Counted from the stretch's first letter, positions 48,401 through 62,045 are shown. The stretch is DNA of 64,000 nucleotides from Hormiphora californensis (GCA_020137815.1 CM035351.1:4030001-4094000), one strand, 5' to 3'. Program-made: numbers and translations. Notes: generated by a model from the sequence alone, not told the origin.

Positions 48401-48829
48401 ACTGGAGGGAGTACCAGGTTTTAGTAAAAGTAGAGAGAGGTTTAGTGCACAAGACCCAAGTCTCAGTAACAGTTTAGTTTTCTAGTTTCTATGGGTGTGA
48501 ACACTGAACGTTCAGGGGCGGGACCCAGAGAGATGTGAGAATAGTTGTGCATTGTTCTGATTATGGGTAATGAGTAATGGCAGGGTGCAGTTTACCTGGA
48601 TTTCATTTTTATCCACATCATCTCTAAAGTTTGCCCCCGGTATTGACGCGTTAACTATCGAGCTGATAGAATTGGGTTTCATCCTACTTCGACCAAAGAG
48701 ACCCACTACTGAAACTGGTCTCAGTTCGTCTAGTACGGGCTCTACTGGGCTCCCCGGAGAGATTGTGAAATATGTTGATACCATGTCATACAAAGAGCTA
48801 GTGGTGGGAGAGGAAGAGTTAAATACCAT
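45438..48829 (-). CDS. SMG8: Nonsense-mediated decay factor SMG8, multi-exon
   Basis: VSVVGLFG; LSVCHYVLLFHP..FDISY; YSANLPEYY; W..GRRGCEVLSLTG; SACNCG..DPFTLEAAN; GMEYECIRGHRF; IRLPFVY. Start codon uncertain. Confidence 0.88.
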
Positions 48830-49041
48830 TTAGACAAGAGGAATTAGAAGTTAAACAATTATGACCAGTTTAAAATATGAAAAAGAATGATAAATGTAAA
48901 AAAAATAAATGTAATTAATCAATTTAATCTCTGGGGGACCCAGCCCTAAAAAAGCTAAGCCATCGGCCAAAATCAGTTGAATAAAAAAGAATAATGACAG
49001 TTCTTCTGACTGCAGCAGTTTAAACAAATCTCCAGCCCCTT

Positions 49042-49982
49042 TCAGTCGTGATTACTGTTCTCCTGAGAAGAATTTCCCACATTGAAGTTATAATGGACGA
49101 TGTCTTTGTATTTTCTAGCAAACTTCGCACTGATATTTTGACATTTCTTCAAATTAAACGACTTCAGCCTATTCAAGTTATTTATCAGGTAGAGCGCTTC
49201 GCCCTCAGAAACAGCAGTGCCTTCTAAGGATAGTGTAGACAGGGAAGTAACCTTGGCGATGGATTTGAAGTCGACGTTACAGCCGTGTAAATAGTTGCAG
49301 CTGCTCTTCAAGTAAAGGAGGCCACTTCTGGTGAAGCTTTCATCCACGTGGGGGGTTACTCTGTTAATAGTAAGCCTTTTTAGATCGGTTATATGTGAAA
49401 GAATTCTCCCTAGACTCTTATCAGTAAATGGACTGAGGTCATGAAGGTTAAGATTGTCCAGTTTTAGTCGCGGGAAACAGAACAGTTTTTCTACATATTC
49501 TTCTGTTGAGTATGGACTGCCAGGCAGATTATGCAGATTGAGGGTCTTGGACAGGGGAAGATTTTAGAACGAATCAGTTTAATAAAATCGTTATCGCTAA
49601 CAGCATTACCACTAATCCAACATTCCTCAATTCTATTTTTAGATTTCTTCACCAGAAACTCAGCTTCTCCCAGAGGTCCAGATCCAGATGCCTTTATTTT
49701 AATATCAATATCAAAAGCGTTAACGTCCCATTCAGCTGTCAACTTCAGTGTCTTGGTCATCTTCAGTAGAATTTCATCTGAAATACGCCTCCAACCACTA
49801 GAGACCGCACCACATTGAGCCAGGTCGCGGACAGAGCTGAGACAACTCATGATTTTCAAAAGAAGCTCATCCGGAAGATAATCAACTGTTGCCTTATGAA
49901 ACACCTTGAGACGTTTAGATGTGTGTTTAGTTGCGTTGGGGTCCGATTCAGAATCGCAACATCCCAGACCTGGTGAAGCCAT
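49042..49982 (-). CDS. F-box/LRR protein (frame break near 49555)
   Basis: F-box LPDELLLKIMSCL..DLAQCGAVSSGWRRI; LRR-like repeats LSTLSLEGT and LKSFNLKKC. Confidence 0.78.
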
Positions 49983-50054
49983 TCTATTTAAAGGGATACT
50001 GACATATTCAAATCGACCATCTCAAATTTTAGTAAAACATTGCTCAATCACATC

Positions 50055-51250
50055 ATCTGAGAGAATAAATACATTGTGTCGAAGTCCGAGCTCTCTACTC
50101 CCTCTACTTCTCAAGATATAGGGACCCGAATATTAGCACGAGCCTGTTTATATGTCATTATCTCAGCTAATACACATGCGATTTTGACCGTTTTTTTTCT
50201 AAAAACTATAAGAACACTTCTAGTTTCCGTTTTTTGTTTCCATTTGTCTCCAGTCTTGTCATGAATAGATAGAACTATAACTAAGCAAGACCGTGATTTT
50301 TTTGAAATGTATGCCTTCTTAGAACAATATTATCATGGTATTCAGTAAATAATGTCAATCAGACTTGGCTGTACTTCCTCAATTTTACATACAAATTGTT
50401 AATATTTAGCCCATAGTCAATAACATAGTCAATAGTTATTAACTATTCAGCCCTCAAATGAATATTGTATCCTAGGAGAGTATAAACTGAAAAATTTAGC
50501 CAACTAATTGGTATAAAAGGCAAAACCACTAGACCCGACTAATTTTGATACGTTGAATCACGTGAGCAACTTTGGCAAGCGCTCAGGGGTGGAGAAAGTG
50601 CCCTAATTGAGCATAATCGGGTCTAATTGATCGTAACTGTAACTTATCGCATGAAAACATTATCAATTCATGTGAGAGCACTATCCCCACTAATTTTGCT
50701 ACGCTGAATCACGTAAGCGGCTTTTCCAAGCCGTCAGAGGTGAAGAAAGTGTCCTAATTGAGCATAATTCAGTCTAATTGGCGATAATTGCATTTTCAAC
50801 TGGAAATGCTGAAAGATCGCATGTGAGGGCACTTTACACACTAATTTTGATACGCTGAAACACATGAACAACTTTTCCAAGTCCTTAGAGGTCGGCAAAG
50901 TGCCCTAATTGACCATAATTGGGTCTAATTTACAATGCACTCCAGTTCACCTCAAACTGAAATGTTTACTTGTTTATTTACTGATACTTTTAGTCATTCT
51001 GATACATTATAAGAAAATACTAAAAATTTAAAACATTTCTCACTTCCAGAAAAAAATCCGGTCAAAATCGTGCATGTGAAAGTTGAGATATTGACAGATA
51101 AACAGACTCGTGTTTACATGTTATTTGCAATACAACTCTCCCCCTTTACCATAACCAATTACGAAGTGCTAAAAGGTGGGGCCCTATATCTTGAGAACGA
51201 GAGGGAGTAGAGAGTTCGCACTTCGACTAATCCTATTTTTATCTCCCAAC
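50055..51250. mobile_element. Non-autonomous DNA element with long imperfect TIRs and internal ~150-bp tandem units
   Basis: GTCGAAGT..CTCTCTACTCCCTC..TTCTCAAGATATAGGG (~50078-50122) is inverted at ~51180-51227; a second inverted block is at ~50135-50200 / ~51050-51114; three ACTAATTTTG..CCTAATTGA units at ~50538, 50689 and 50840. Ends are approximate. Confidence 0.7.
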
Positions 51251-51295
51251 CAGTTACCACACCCAGGATCGTTGAAAAAGTCAAAATTTTTTGAA

Positions 51296-54200
51296 TATGT
51301 GTGAGAAGAAGTGGACTACTGTCGTGAAGACAAAGGTGGAGAAAGCATTGAATAAGATTCCAGTCCTAGATCTTTCAGTCACCAAGAGGAGGACAAATCT
51401 TATGTTTGAGACCGATGAACAGTTGGAACAGGCGAAAGAAGTTCTTTCACCGTTCCTTGATGTTTCTCCCGTAGTGGAGAAGGAGAAGAAAAGAGATCCT
51501 CGCATCATGATCAATGATCTTGACCAAGACCTGCTGGAAAAAGATCGCCTTCTGTCAGAGATTGTCAGTGATAAGAATGAGTCTGTGAAGAGACTAGTTG
51601 GGGAGGGTCACCTGGTGAAGGTGGTCCATGTAAACAGAACAGGAAGATATGCAGTGTTCCAGGTCTCTCCAGAAGTGAGGAAGGCGATATCAGAAAGGAA
51701 GGACAAGCTATTCTTGAAACTTCGACAGCATTCAGTGAGGAACAGGTTTTATGTCACGCAGTGTTTTCACTGCCAGCGCTTTGGCCATGTAGCAGGATCC
51801 ATCTACTGCCCAAACAAGGATAAATCTCCGGTTTGTGCCTTCTGTACGGGAGATCATGACACTAGGAGTTGCCATGCCAAGAAGGAAAATGTAGTGAGCA
51901 GGATGAAATGTGTCAACTGTGATCATGGAGGAAGCAGAGAGGACAAGCGCCATGCTCAAAGTCACCCAGCCTCCAGCAGTATGTGTCCATTCTATGTAAA
52001 TGCTAAAGGAAGACTCATGGAGAGTACCAGTGGAGTAACGAAGCAGGAAAAAAACGTGTACCTGACGAGGGCATGGGAGGATCTGAGAGGAAAACGTCTT
52101 GGAGGATTGGCACACTAAACGTCCACTCAGTTATGAATAAGACGTCAGGTGTAATTACACACTTGGAGGAAAAAGGATGCGACATCTGCTTGGTACAGGA
52201 GACTTATCTGAAACAGAGTGACACAGCTAAACTTCAGGAGATTAGAGACTATGGTTGGAATATCTTCTCCTCGCCTAGAGCGGAACGTTCAGGAGGTGGA
52301 ATTGGAATCTTGTACAGGGTTGGTGTCAAGTTGAAATACACTCCGGTAAAAGCTAAGTTTAAATCGTTTCAAGTCCAGGAAGCCCTTATTGGAGGAGGAA
52401 AAGATGTGACGAGGCTGTGCAATATCTATAGACCTCCGTATACTGGCAAGGCACGGTTTACAGAAGCCCAGTTCTTGGATGAGTTTACTGATTATTTGTC
52501 AGAGTTGGTCTGCAAAACGGGGAACCCTATCCTGATGGGGGACTTTAACTTCCAGGTTCAAGATACTCAGAACTTCTATGCGAAGAAGTTGCTTGGACTA
52601 CTTGACTCTCTTGGATTTGATCAGCGGGTCCCACTACAACCTACTCATGTTCGTGGTGGTACTTTGGATCTGCTTCTCTGCCAAAAAGACAGATATTCTA
52701 AGGTTCAATCAGTTGAAGTATTTCCTGACGGAACGACCTCTGATCATTTTCTTGTATTGGCGGAGCTGTGTATTGAAACTGTAGCAAGTGAATACAAGAC
52801 TCGTGAAAAAGTGGACATGTACAGGGATTTCAAGGCTGTTGATATTGAAATACTTCGATGTGCTTTTAGGAGTGTGGATTGGAGTGAAGCGATGGAATCT
52901 GGATCAGCTGAGGAGGTTTTGTGTATTTATATGAGGAAACTTGAGGAACTTGTGGATAGGACTGTCCCGTTGAAGAGGAGAAAGAAGAGAGGAGCTAAGC
53001 TGAGGCCATGGAGAGATAATCCAGAGGTGCGTCAAGTTCTTCGTCAGCGGCGGAATGCTGAGCGAGCCTGGGAGAACAATAAAACCAGCGTCACGAAGAA
53101 GCAGTTCAATGAACTCAAGAGGCAGTTTGGGCGTGTTGACAAGGAAGCGAGGACGAACTACGTCAAGGAAGACTTGGAGGAGTCCAGAGATGACCCCAAA
53201 GCACTTCAAAGGAAATTGAACCGTCTACTTGGTAATACTGAGACCTTTATGCCTGAAACCACAGATAAGCGGAGGTTAGCGGATGACTTTGCGGACTTCT
53301 TTGTTGGAAAAGTTGATAAGATCCGGTCTACTGTTATTGGAGAGAAGAATCTGAGGACTAAGAGGAACCCTATTCATCAGACACCCGTCTGTTGTTTTGA
53401 GGAATTTGAGGAAGTTTCCCCAGAGAAACTAAAGAGGATAATCAAAGACATGCCAGACAAGACATGTGATCTTGACCCTATACCGACTTGGTTAGTGAAG
53501 GGGTGTATGCATGAGCTAGCTCCAGTCTTGTGCAGGTTTATTAACCTATCTCTTGGATGTTCCAGTGTTCCTGAACTTCTCCAGCAAGCTTTGGTGTTTC
53601 CAACGATTAAGAACCCTTATGGCGATAAGGACACTTTGACCAATTATCGGCCAGTCTCCAACCTATCTTTTGTCTCCAAGCTTCTTGAAAAGATAGTTCT
53701 AGAGCAGCTCAACTCGTATCTTAATGAGAACGAGTTACTAAATAAGCATCAATCAGGTTACAGGGTGAATCATAGCTGTGAAACCCTACTGATGGGTATG
53801 TTTGATGATCTCCTTCGGGATATGGATGAAGGAAAGGTCGCAGGCCTCTTTCTATTAGATATGAGCGCCGCTTTTGACACAGTGGACCATGGAAAGCTGC
53901 TAGAAGTTCTTGAAGAACGGTTTGGAGTGAGAGGTTCTGTCTTGGATTGGTTCGCCAACTATCTACAAATGAGGACTTATCGGGTAAACGTGGAAGGGGA
54001 ACTTTCGAGGATTGTCTCTCTGATATGTGGAGTTCCGCAAGGTTCACTGCTTGGACCTGTGTTGTTTTTACTGTATGTGGAGGAATTGCAAGATTTGGTC
54101 AAACCGTATGGCTTAAGGATTAAACTTTATGCTGATGACTCGCAATTGTACATCAGCTTTGTTCCAACTGATGAGGAAAACTGGAAACTGGCAAAGGAGA

Positions 54201-55455
54201 GGACTGAGGAATGCTTGTCAAGTGTGAAAGAGTGGATGAGTGAGCACTGGCTAAAGTGCAATGAGGCAAAGACTGAATTCCTGCTGTTAGGCAAAAACAG
54301 CGCCCTGGATAAGATGGTCTATCAGCCCACTGTGGACTTTGGTGGAGTGGAGATAAGCCCAGTGGACTTTACGGGGAGTACAGGGAAAACACTAGGAGTG
54401 TTCCTTGATAGCAACCTCTCTATGGAGAGGCAAATCAACAGTGTTAAGAGGCAATGTGGTTTGTTGTTGAAGAATCTATGGCAGGTAAATCGGTGTCTAG
54501 ATAGATCGACGAAGATACTCCTTGTTAAGCAGCTCATCATTTCAAGACTGGATTATTGTAATATCCTTTACCATGGCTTACCTAAGAAGCTTCTCAACAG
54601 CCTTCAGAGAGTCTTGAACTCGTGTGTCAGATTTGTTTATGGCCTACACGGTCACCAAGACACCTACATGCCATACTTGAAAGAATTGCATGTTCTTCCT
54701 GTGGAACAACGAGTCACGTTCAAAGCATGCCTGATGGCGTACAAGATTGTACATGGATTGGCCCCTGACTACCTGCAAGATCAGGTCCCTGTTGATGATG
54801 GACTTCATGTGATCCGGGCTACTAGAGGAAATGCTTGGCCTGATGGCCTCAAGCTGAAGTACCCTAAGCTATCAAGTGTCAACGCGACTTCCAAGTTGAG
54901 AAGAAGACGTCCGTCGGTTTACCTGCCTGAAGTCTGGAATAGGCTTCCCCTTGATCTGAGAGCTGTTGAGTCTGTGGAATCTTTCAAGTCTAAGCTCAAG
55001 ACTAGTCTTTTCACTGAGGCTTTTGGTGAGACTGGACTGTCCTCTTAACACTCTCCTTCTTGCTGAGGTATGTGCTCTAGCTGGTACCCGTTTTTAATTA
55101 TTTTTCTGTATTTAAGCTCGTGGCGAGCAGAAGTGTGAAGCATAAATTGGGGTTTTTCATAGCACGAGTGTTTTTCTGTGTTCCAATATACGGACTTTTA
55201 TATCATTTTTTAGAGTTCCAGGACTCTAACTCAGTCTGTTATGTAATCAGTCACCGATAGTTATGTGAGCCGATAGTAATGTGAGCCGGTGTAATTTTTC
55301 TTTATTATTTTTTGTTCTATTAGGGATAAGTTGGCGAGGTCTTACCAGTATATTAACCGTTCAGATCATCCTTCAGTGACAGCAGCAGTTTCGCTGCTCT
55401 GTCCCTGTCGGATATGGGCGGAATATAAACATAGTTATTATTATTATTATTATTA
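51296..55455 (+). mobile_element. 5'-truncated L2/CR1-group LINE (element C) with intact ORF2
   Basis: Begins mid-ORF1 (MCEKKW); ORF2 52073-55048 uninterrupted; (ATT)n tail; possible AATATGT TSD or microhomology. Confidence 0.95.
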
Positions 55456-55488
55456 ATATGTCAGTATCCCTTTAAGTTGGTTTGTAAT

Positions 55489-57047
55489 CTAATTACATAG
55501 TTGGATAAAGAGGGACACCCGGCAGAGCCGGGTGGGTTATCAAAAAACCCTCATTTGAGGTGCACGGTACACCTAATGGGTGGGCTAGTTTAACAAAAAT
55601 ACAGAAATAGAAACTTAGTTTAGAACTGTCACACCCCTTTCGTCAATAGAAATAGCAATCTGTGTGCCTGATTTGTGGTCGAAGAGAGTTCGAGGGTTTA
55701 CACACCCAACCACCTCAAGTCGTTTAGTTACCGTTTTACCCCATAATGCTGTAAATAGGCTATCCAGCTGAAATAAAATCAAAGGTTAGATTCAGAGAGT
55801 TATTGAGAAGCTATGGAAAGTAGGGGCCACTAGCGTGGTAAACGCAGGCAAGAGGCAAAATTGAGTACCACACGCTAGTAGTGTCCCCTACTAATTTATT
55901 TAGTTTCAATTACCTGTTTAGGTGATTTAGAGGGAGGATGCCAAGAAACTACAATTGGTAGAGATTTGTTGAGTGAGAGGATTGATTGAAATATCTCATT
56001 TCTATACACACTCCGTTGAGTATTCCAGTAATACGAGAATAGTCCATCAAACACGATCAAATCGTACATGGTTCTATCTTCGTTGAGGGCATTTTCCACC
56101 CACCTCAACAAATCAACCAGCTGAAAAATTAATGAATAATTAGAACTAATAGTAATCAGTCGTACAACTATTGAACTATTGCTGTTTACCTGTTTGCTAG
56201 ATGATGGTACGGCGAGGGATAGTCGTTGAAGCACAGAGCTACACAGGGAGGAGTGTGAATCTGACAGCTGTGTAGTAAAGCATTCCGGAGTTACGTTACA
56301 TTCACAGTCTATGTAGAGGACTCTGCTGCTGGGGTATCTGACAAGTCTACCTACCACTACACTCTTCAGAATACTTGTTACTCCTGAAAAGGAACAGTCT
56401 TGATTTATTCAACACTTTTAAAGTATCACTTTAGCTGTCCATAATTAAGGACCATATTCCTACACGCATACACATTTTTCATAATCCACCCTCTGGCCAT
56501 CCTTACCAGTACCATGCTCTCCAATTACTTCGACAAGTTCAAGGTCTGTTAAAGGTCCAATAAGCTCGTTTTCATCACAAAACCGGGCTCGTTTACTAAG
56601 CCGTCCAACCAGCTGAAAGAATAGAACGGTATTTCAACAAATGTACCCCATGAAACGTAGATAGTGAACCATAATAAAGTTCAAGAGCCTCCAAGAGCGA
56701 ACCAAGTCCAAGAGCGCACCAGGACCAGGAGAGCACCCCATCCAGAAGAGACTGCGCGCAAGGGATACCACGTGCAGAAGAGGTCGCACACGCAAATACA
56801 ACGCCGCGGACATCTTCTGCGTGTGGTATCCCCTGCGCGTGGTATCTTCTGGATAGGGAGCTCTCTTTACTTGGGTTTGGTGCGCTCTTGATTGTGGTCT
56901 CTTCTGGGTGTGGTTCGCTCTTGGATATAATGGTCTCTTCTGGATGTGGTTCGCTCTGGGATATGGTCTCTTTTGGATGTGATTCGCTCTTGGAGGCTCT
57001 TGACTTAATTATGGTTCACTATTTACCTGTTGCAAACTCTCCGACAT
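55489..57047 (-). CDS. XRCC2: RAD51 paralogue, XRCC2-like
   Basis: MSESLQQ|LVGRL; LVEVIGEHGT|GVT; VLYIDCE; LIVFDGLFSYYW; 3' end uncertain. Confidence 0.7.
56661..57022. mobile_element. Foldback MITE filling XRCC2 intron 1
   Basis: ATAGTGAACCATAAT..AAGAGCCTCCAAGAGCGAA / TTCGCTCTTGGAGGCTCTTG..ATTATGGTTCACTAT, plus an inner palindrome at ~56740-56852. Confidence 0.8.
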
Positions 57048-57777
57048 TGGAACACTCAACACAGATTGGGCCCTTTATTCTTTTAAAATTTGCCAAACGT
57101 TTGGTTTTAGCGACAGAAAAAGAAGTCAGTTTGACATTTTCTTTTCATGACGCGACGGTGCGCGGCTCCACGCTACTTGGTTTGGCGCTGCAGGCCCTAG
57201 TGCGCGCGTTTTTAGGGCTAGCGTGTTTCTTCCGTCCAAAGCAAAGTTCGAAGTTTGTTTTTTTACTTTTGTCCCTCACCAGTCACCCTTGAAAAGCGCT
57301 ACCTTATCCCGCTGTGGCATATGCCAACTCGCAGCCCACACATACCAACATTGCGACTGCCACTGCGTGTCCACGGTCGGGCAAAGTTAAAATCTAGGTG
57401 CGGTCGAGACGGGTAAGGGCTGCCCGTTAGGGTCTGGTTAGGGGTTTGTTTGGAGTTATCGGTTAGCGCTATCGATTATCTATCAGATACTGTTTAGTTT
57501 ACTCTAATTAGCCATGTGGTTGCGTGGCTATAGCCGTTTGAAAAAAGTCGGTCTAGAAAATAAAAGTGACTATTTTTGCTAAATGTTAGCAGATCCAAAC
57601 TTCACGCACTCGCACGCTCAGAACAGGATCAATACGGGATCTATTGCCGCACAATGGGAACTAGGGCCGAGCCAGGAAGGGCACAGCGGCCGAATTTCTC
57701 AATTCTCAAGAAAACTGTCGATGAAAATAAATAATAGTATGTACACCTTTCAGAAAGAACAAGATCGTCCAGAATAG

Positions 57778-58617
57778 TTAGTTAACAATACAATTGCCAT
57801 CACACTCAAGCTGTCCTTCGTTACAGATGCAATTCTGTGGACACTTATATTCGCCGTATTCAGTATCTTCATAGGCTACTACTTCCTCCCCCGACATCGC
57901 ATACGACTTTGTCATCCCCTCTCCCAGGAAGGGACACTTCTTAGGGCAGGAAAGCTCCGATATACAGTCTCTCTTGCACGTGCAGTAGTTGCAGCCGTTG
58001 TAGTAGATCTCTCCGGGGAATGCTGGCTTAGCCAGCCCCATGCTATCAAGGTACATACAGCAATCTCCTTCGCTGTATATCAACTCTGAAATTGGTCAAT
58101 CATTGTTTTCTGAATCACCCAATACCCTCATAACCCCTTAGGCTCGAGTTCAAGCGATTCCTCTGTCTCTCTCTCGAATCAAGATGTTTGTATATCCCCC
58201 TAAAAAAGAGATAATAATAATAATATTTTGACATCAAGGCCAACTCAGATAAATCTCTACTCACCACCCAATTCCATTTCCCATCATGTATTTACATAAT
58301 CATTTATATTATATTCTAAATTCTTACATTTAGACACTTCTGAAATTAACAAATATTTATCCTTCTACGTTTGGCATATGTCACCCCATTCTCCACTACT
58401 TACCTCCGTTATAACATAGAACAGTGGTACAACCAGAGTGGTAGATGTACCCATGGTCCACCTGGTAGGAAGGCCATGTCATGGTAAGGGTACATGCTCC
58501 TCCACTCCTATCATTAGGTTCTGAAGTTGTGGGGCCGGGGGTCGGTGTGGGTGAGGTAGGAGTCTCCATACAGCTACCTACAACCCCTAGGAGGGCGAAC
58601 GACGCGAGAAAGAACAT
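57778..58617 (-). CDS. Small secreted Cys-rich protein with VWC/pacifastin-like modules
   Basis: Signal-like MFFLASFALLGVVGS, PT-rich linker, GC(N/T)xxxC repeats (GCNYCTC, CPQNCICNEGQLEC); GT/AG boundaries present. Confidence 0.6.
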
Positions 58618-58994
58618 GGCAAGAAATAAAGTTGTGTGTTTCGAGGAAGTGAATAAATTGATTTATCGTTGGAAAAGTCTACTTCTTTTCCGTACTTCAT
58701 AGTAACTTTAGGGTTTTCATTCGACACACATTGCACATTGTCTTGCCTGGGCTCAGCTTGCCGGCATAGTAGATCGACGGTTCTACTGTCCATATTTCAG
58801 GCATATAGTCACAAAAGTAGTAGAACACATGGCTCCGTCATCCATGCAGCCTATAGGTTTTTTGTTTGTCGTACCCTTGGGTACAAATACCGCTAATTGG
58901 GAGTACATTTATGGCTGAAAGTTGTTCAATGAAACTATCGGCGTAAACCCCATATATATCTAACCATTACTTTACTGTCAATAGGAATGGATAG

Positions 58995-59907
58995 ATGACG
59001 ACGGAGCACCAATCCAAGAAACAGAAGGTGGTGCAGAGGCAGGGGCACATATACGATGGCCAGAACCGACTGACAATGTGGCCTGAGGAGAAGATCAGAC
59101 AGTGTATATCAGTATCAACACGGCATCTGTTGTTATCACTAATGGAACAATACACCACAGACACAGCACGGATAGATACAGAGTGGACATATATTACTTC
59201 CCACTCGCAACTCAGCAGTAACAGCAAACTACCCAAACAACTCAAGTTGTCTGTTAACGGTTACCAGTATCTCACAAGGAAACTAGCCACGCTGACACTG
59301 CATGAGCCCATCAGGAATAGCAACAAGGATGCTTATGACTCCTCTAATGCCAGTTTCATCTACGATAGTAATCCGAAGGAGGCGGTGTTTATAGCCTCCC
59401 AGAGTCCCATGCCTTCCACAATAACTCAGTTTTGGAGGATGATATGGGAGAACAAGGTGTCGACTATTGTAATGCTGGCTGTCATCAAGGATAAAGGAGA
59501 TGTCAAGGGGTGCAGGTCAGTTAACACACAATACACACTAGCTGTTGTAGTATTAGGGTACAGGTTTGAGGTTAGTAAACATGCCAGTAGCGAGCCAGAG
59601 AGGGTGAAGGGTTAGTGAAGTATACAATTAACCCCAGTAACTATTAGATTAGAGTGTACTGACACCATTCACTAACTGTTAGATGTGTGTGATATCAGAT
59701 AGATTCTTCAGAAGGTAGAGATGTGTAGGTGTTTGTGTGTGTGTGAGAGAGAGATGGTAAATTTGCATAATTACCAGAGCAGCGGGGTTGTGTGTTGTCT
59801 CATCAGGTGATTGTATTGTGCGATGCATATATGGGGATTTGTATGCATGTGTGTCTGCAGTATTTCACAAAGCCCCATTCTCAATTACCCACACTCTCTA
59901 TTTCTTC

Positions 59908-59975
<68 letters not shown>

Positions 59976-60013
59976 TCCCTCTCTCTCTCTCTCTCTCTCT
60001 CACTCTCTCTCAC

Positions 60014-60073
<60 letters not shown>

Positions 60074-62045
60074 CTTTTCTTTTTCTCTCTCTCGCCATGT
60101 TGTAATTTTCTTTCATCGAAGCTCATTAATATTTAATGTTATCTGTCGTTTTGAATGCGAAGCAATTAAGAACAACCAATTTGTTCTCGCTCCAACTTCT
60201 CAAAAACCCCTCTAATCACATTGTCCCTAAAGTGAAAGCGAAACAACAACGAACTGGCTCGCGCATTCGTTGCGCATAACGATCTCACCGGTGAGATTCA
60301 CATGCGCAACGTTTTTCGACGCGCAGCCAGTTCGTTGTTGTTTCGCTTTCACTTTACCACTAACCCCTCTAACCCCACAACCCTCCTCCAGATATTGGCC
60401 GAAAGAGGGTATCATGTCTTTTGGCCAGTTTGAGGTCTGTGTGGTGTCCAAGCACGCGGTTTGTACCCACTACTTGGTCAGAAGTCTATACATAAAGGAT
60501 ACCATTAGCGGCACCAGCCGGACAGTCACACAGTTCCAATACAAAGCCTGGAACGACGGGGAGCAAGTTCCATCTGATTTGAATACTTTCCTTGAATTTA
60601 GACGCAAGGTATTAACCCCCCCCCCCCCCCATATAACAGGGAGCGTGCAGAGAAAGAGATGGAGAGAGTGGGGTGATTGGAGGTGTTATGCAATGATGCA
60701 ATACTTCTGGGAGGGAGAGATCAGAGCAAAAGAGAGAAAAAGAGGGGTTAAAGAGAGTTGGCTGTAGGTGTTGCAAGAATATATGAGAAGGGATATATTT
60801 ATTATTTTTTACCCCACCTCTTAACGGGGTGCGTTGAGAGATGGTGAAGCAATGTGATTTATAATGGTAAGCGTGAAATGATGTAAAATGAAATGATAAA
60901 TAATGACAAGGGGGTTGAGCAATGAGCCGAGAGAGAAATGAAAGATCCCGAAAGTATCATACTTCCTACCCGCACAAACATTTACACCCAACTCCCCTCC
61001 CAGATCCAGAGAAGCAACATATCCTGCAAGACCCCGATGGTAGTACATTGTAGGGACGGTCTGGGGAGAACTGGTCTCTTTGTGCTACTAGACTTGGCCC
61101 TTCGGAAACTAATTAAAGACGGCGACAAGATTAAGGTACAAAGCTGCTACTTAGGCTCCCATTCTGTCTACATTAACAAAGGGTACTCACCCGCATTGAA
61201 TGTGTCACTGAACCGCCTGCGTAACGTAGAACACAGCAGGAGGGGCTGCCCTTTGTGTGTGTGTTTGGGTGAAGTGTTGGAGCGCGCGAGATGTCAAGTG
61301 TAGATGGGTCGGCGCGTGATATACACTGCGCGCGCCTAGTATACAATTTGTGTATTCTTTGTACATTTTGGTACAACATCTGTAATTTCAGGAGCTGGAC
61401 CTCTGTGCCTTGTTAGAGTTTCTGAGAGACCAGAGGCCGGGGTTAATCAGCAACCGCCGGCAGTACCAGTTCTGTGTGGGGGCATTCTGCGAAGAGGTAA
61501 TATTTCAAAACAATCAAATTGCTAGTTGCTAAATCGTGTTTTTTGCTATGTGTGCGTGTTTGCTACATTTCCCACGGTTGCTACATTTCCCACGGCGTGT
61601 TTTATGTATTGTAGGTGGACGAACTCCTTTCTGAAAGTTGTCAATGCTTGCTGAGTGAGTAATTAACATGTAGATCAATTAACTTCCGAGCATAGTTTAG
61701 AGCATCGTAAAAGCATGTTTTACCTTTTAAGAAGAGTTTTATCATTAGCATGGCCTTCATTAAAATTAATTTCCTTATCTGCACTATTTATGACCCTTAC
61801 CTCCCATCTTGCCCCTCGTCTACTTTATTTCTCCCTTACCATCCCCTAAACCCCTGCCTTGCTCGTCCCAATTTCACCGCCCCCGCACAAATATAAAGGA
61901 GGGTTACAACACAACAACTAATCCCCTAATCCCACCGCAGGTCTACGCAATACTAACGGCTGAGGGGAGTGGGGGATCTCGGTCACTAGGAACGGACACT
62001 TTATTTAGGCTCCAGCAACAACTCCTATCTACTTGCAATGATTGA
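58995..62045 (+). CDS. PTPRN: IA-2/phogrin (PTPRN/PTPRN2)-like tyrosine pseudophosphatase domain
   Basis: WPEE..ISVSTRHLLLSLME..EW; FIASQSP..FWRMIWE; RYWPKEG; YLVRSLYIK; FRRK; VHCRDGLGRTG; LEFLRDQRPGL; EEV(Y)AIL. These follow the IA-2 motif order. Confidence 0.82.
60228..60356. mobile_element. MITE with ~31-bp TIR
   Basis: TAAAGTGAAAGCGAAACAACAACGAACTGGC ... GCCAGTTCGTTGTTGTTTCGCTTTCACTTTA. Confidence 0.8.
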
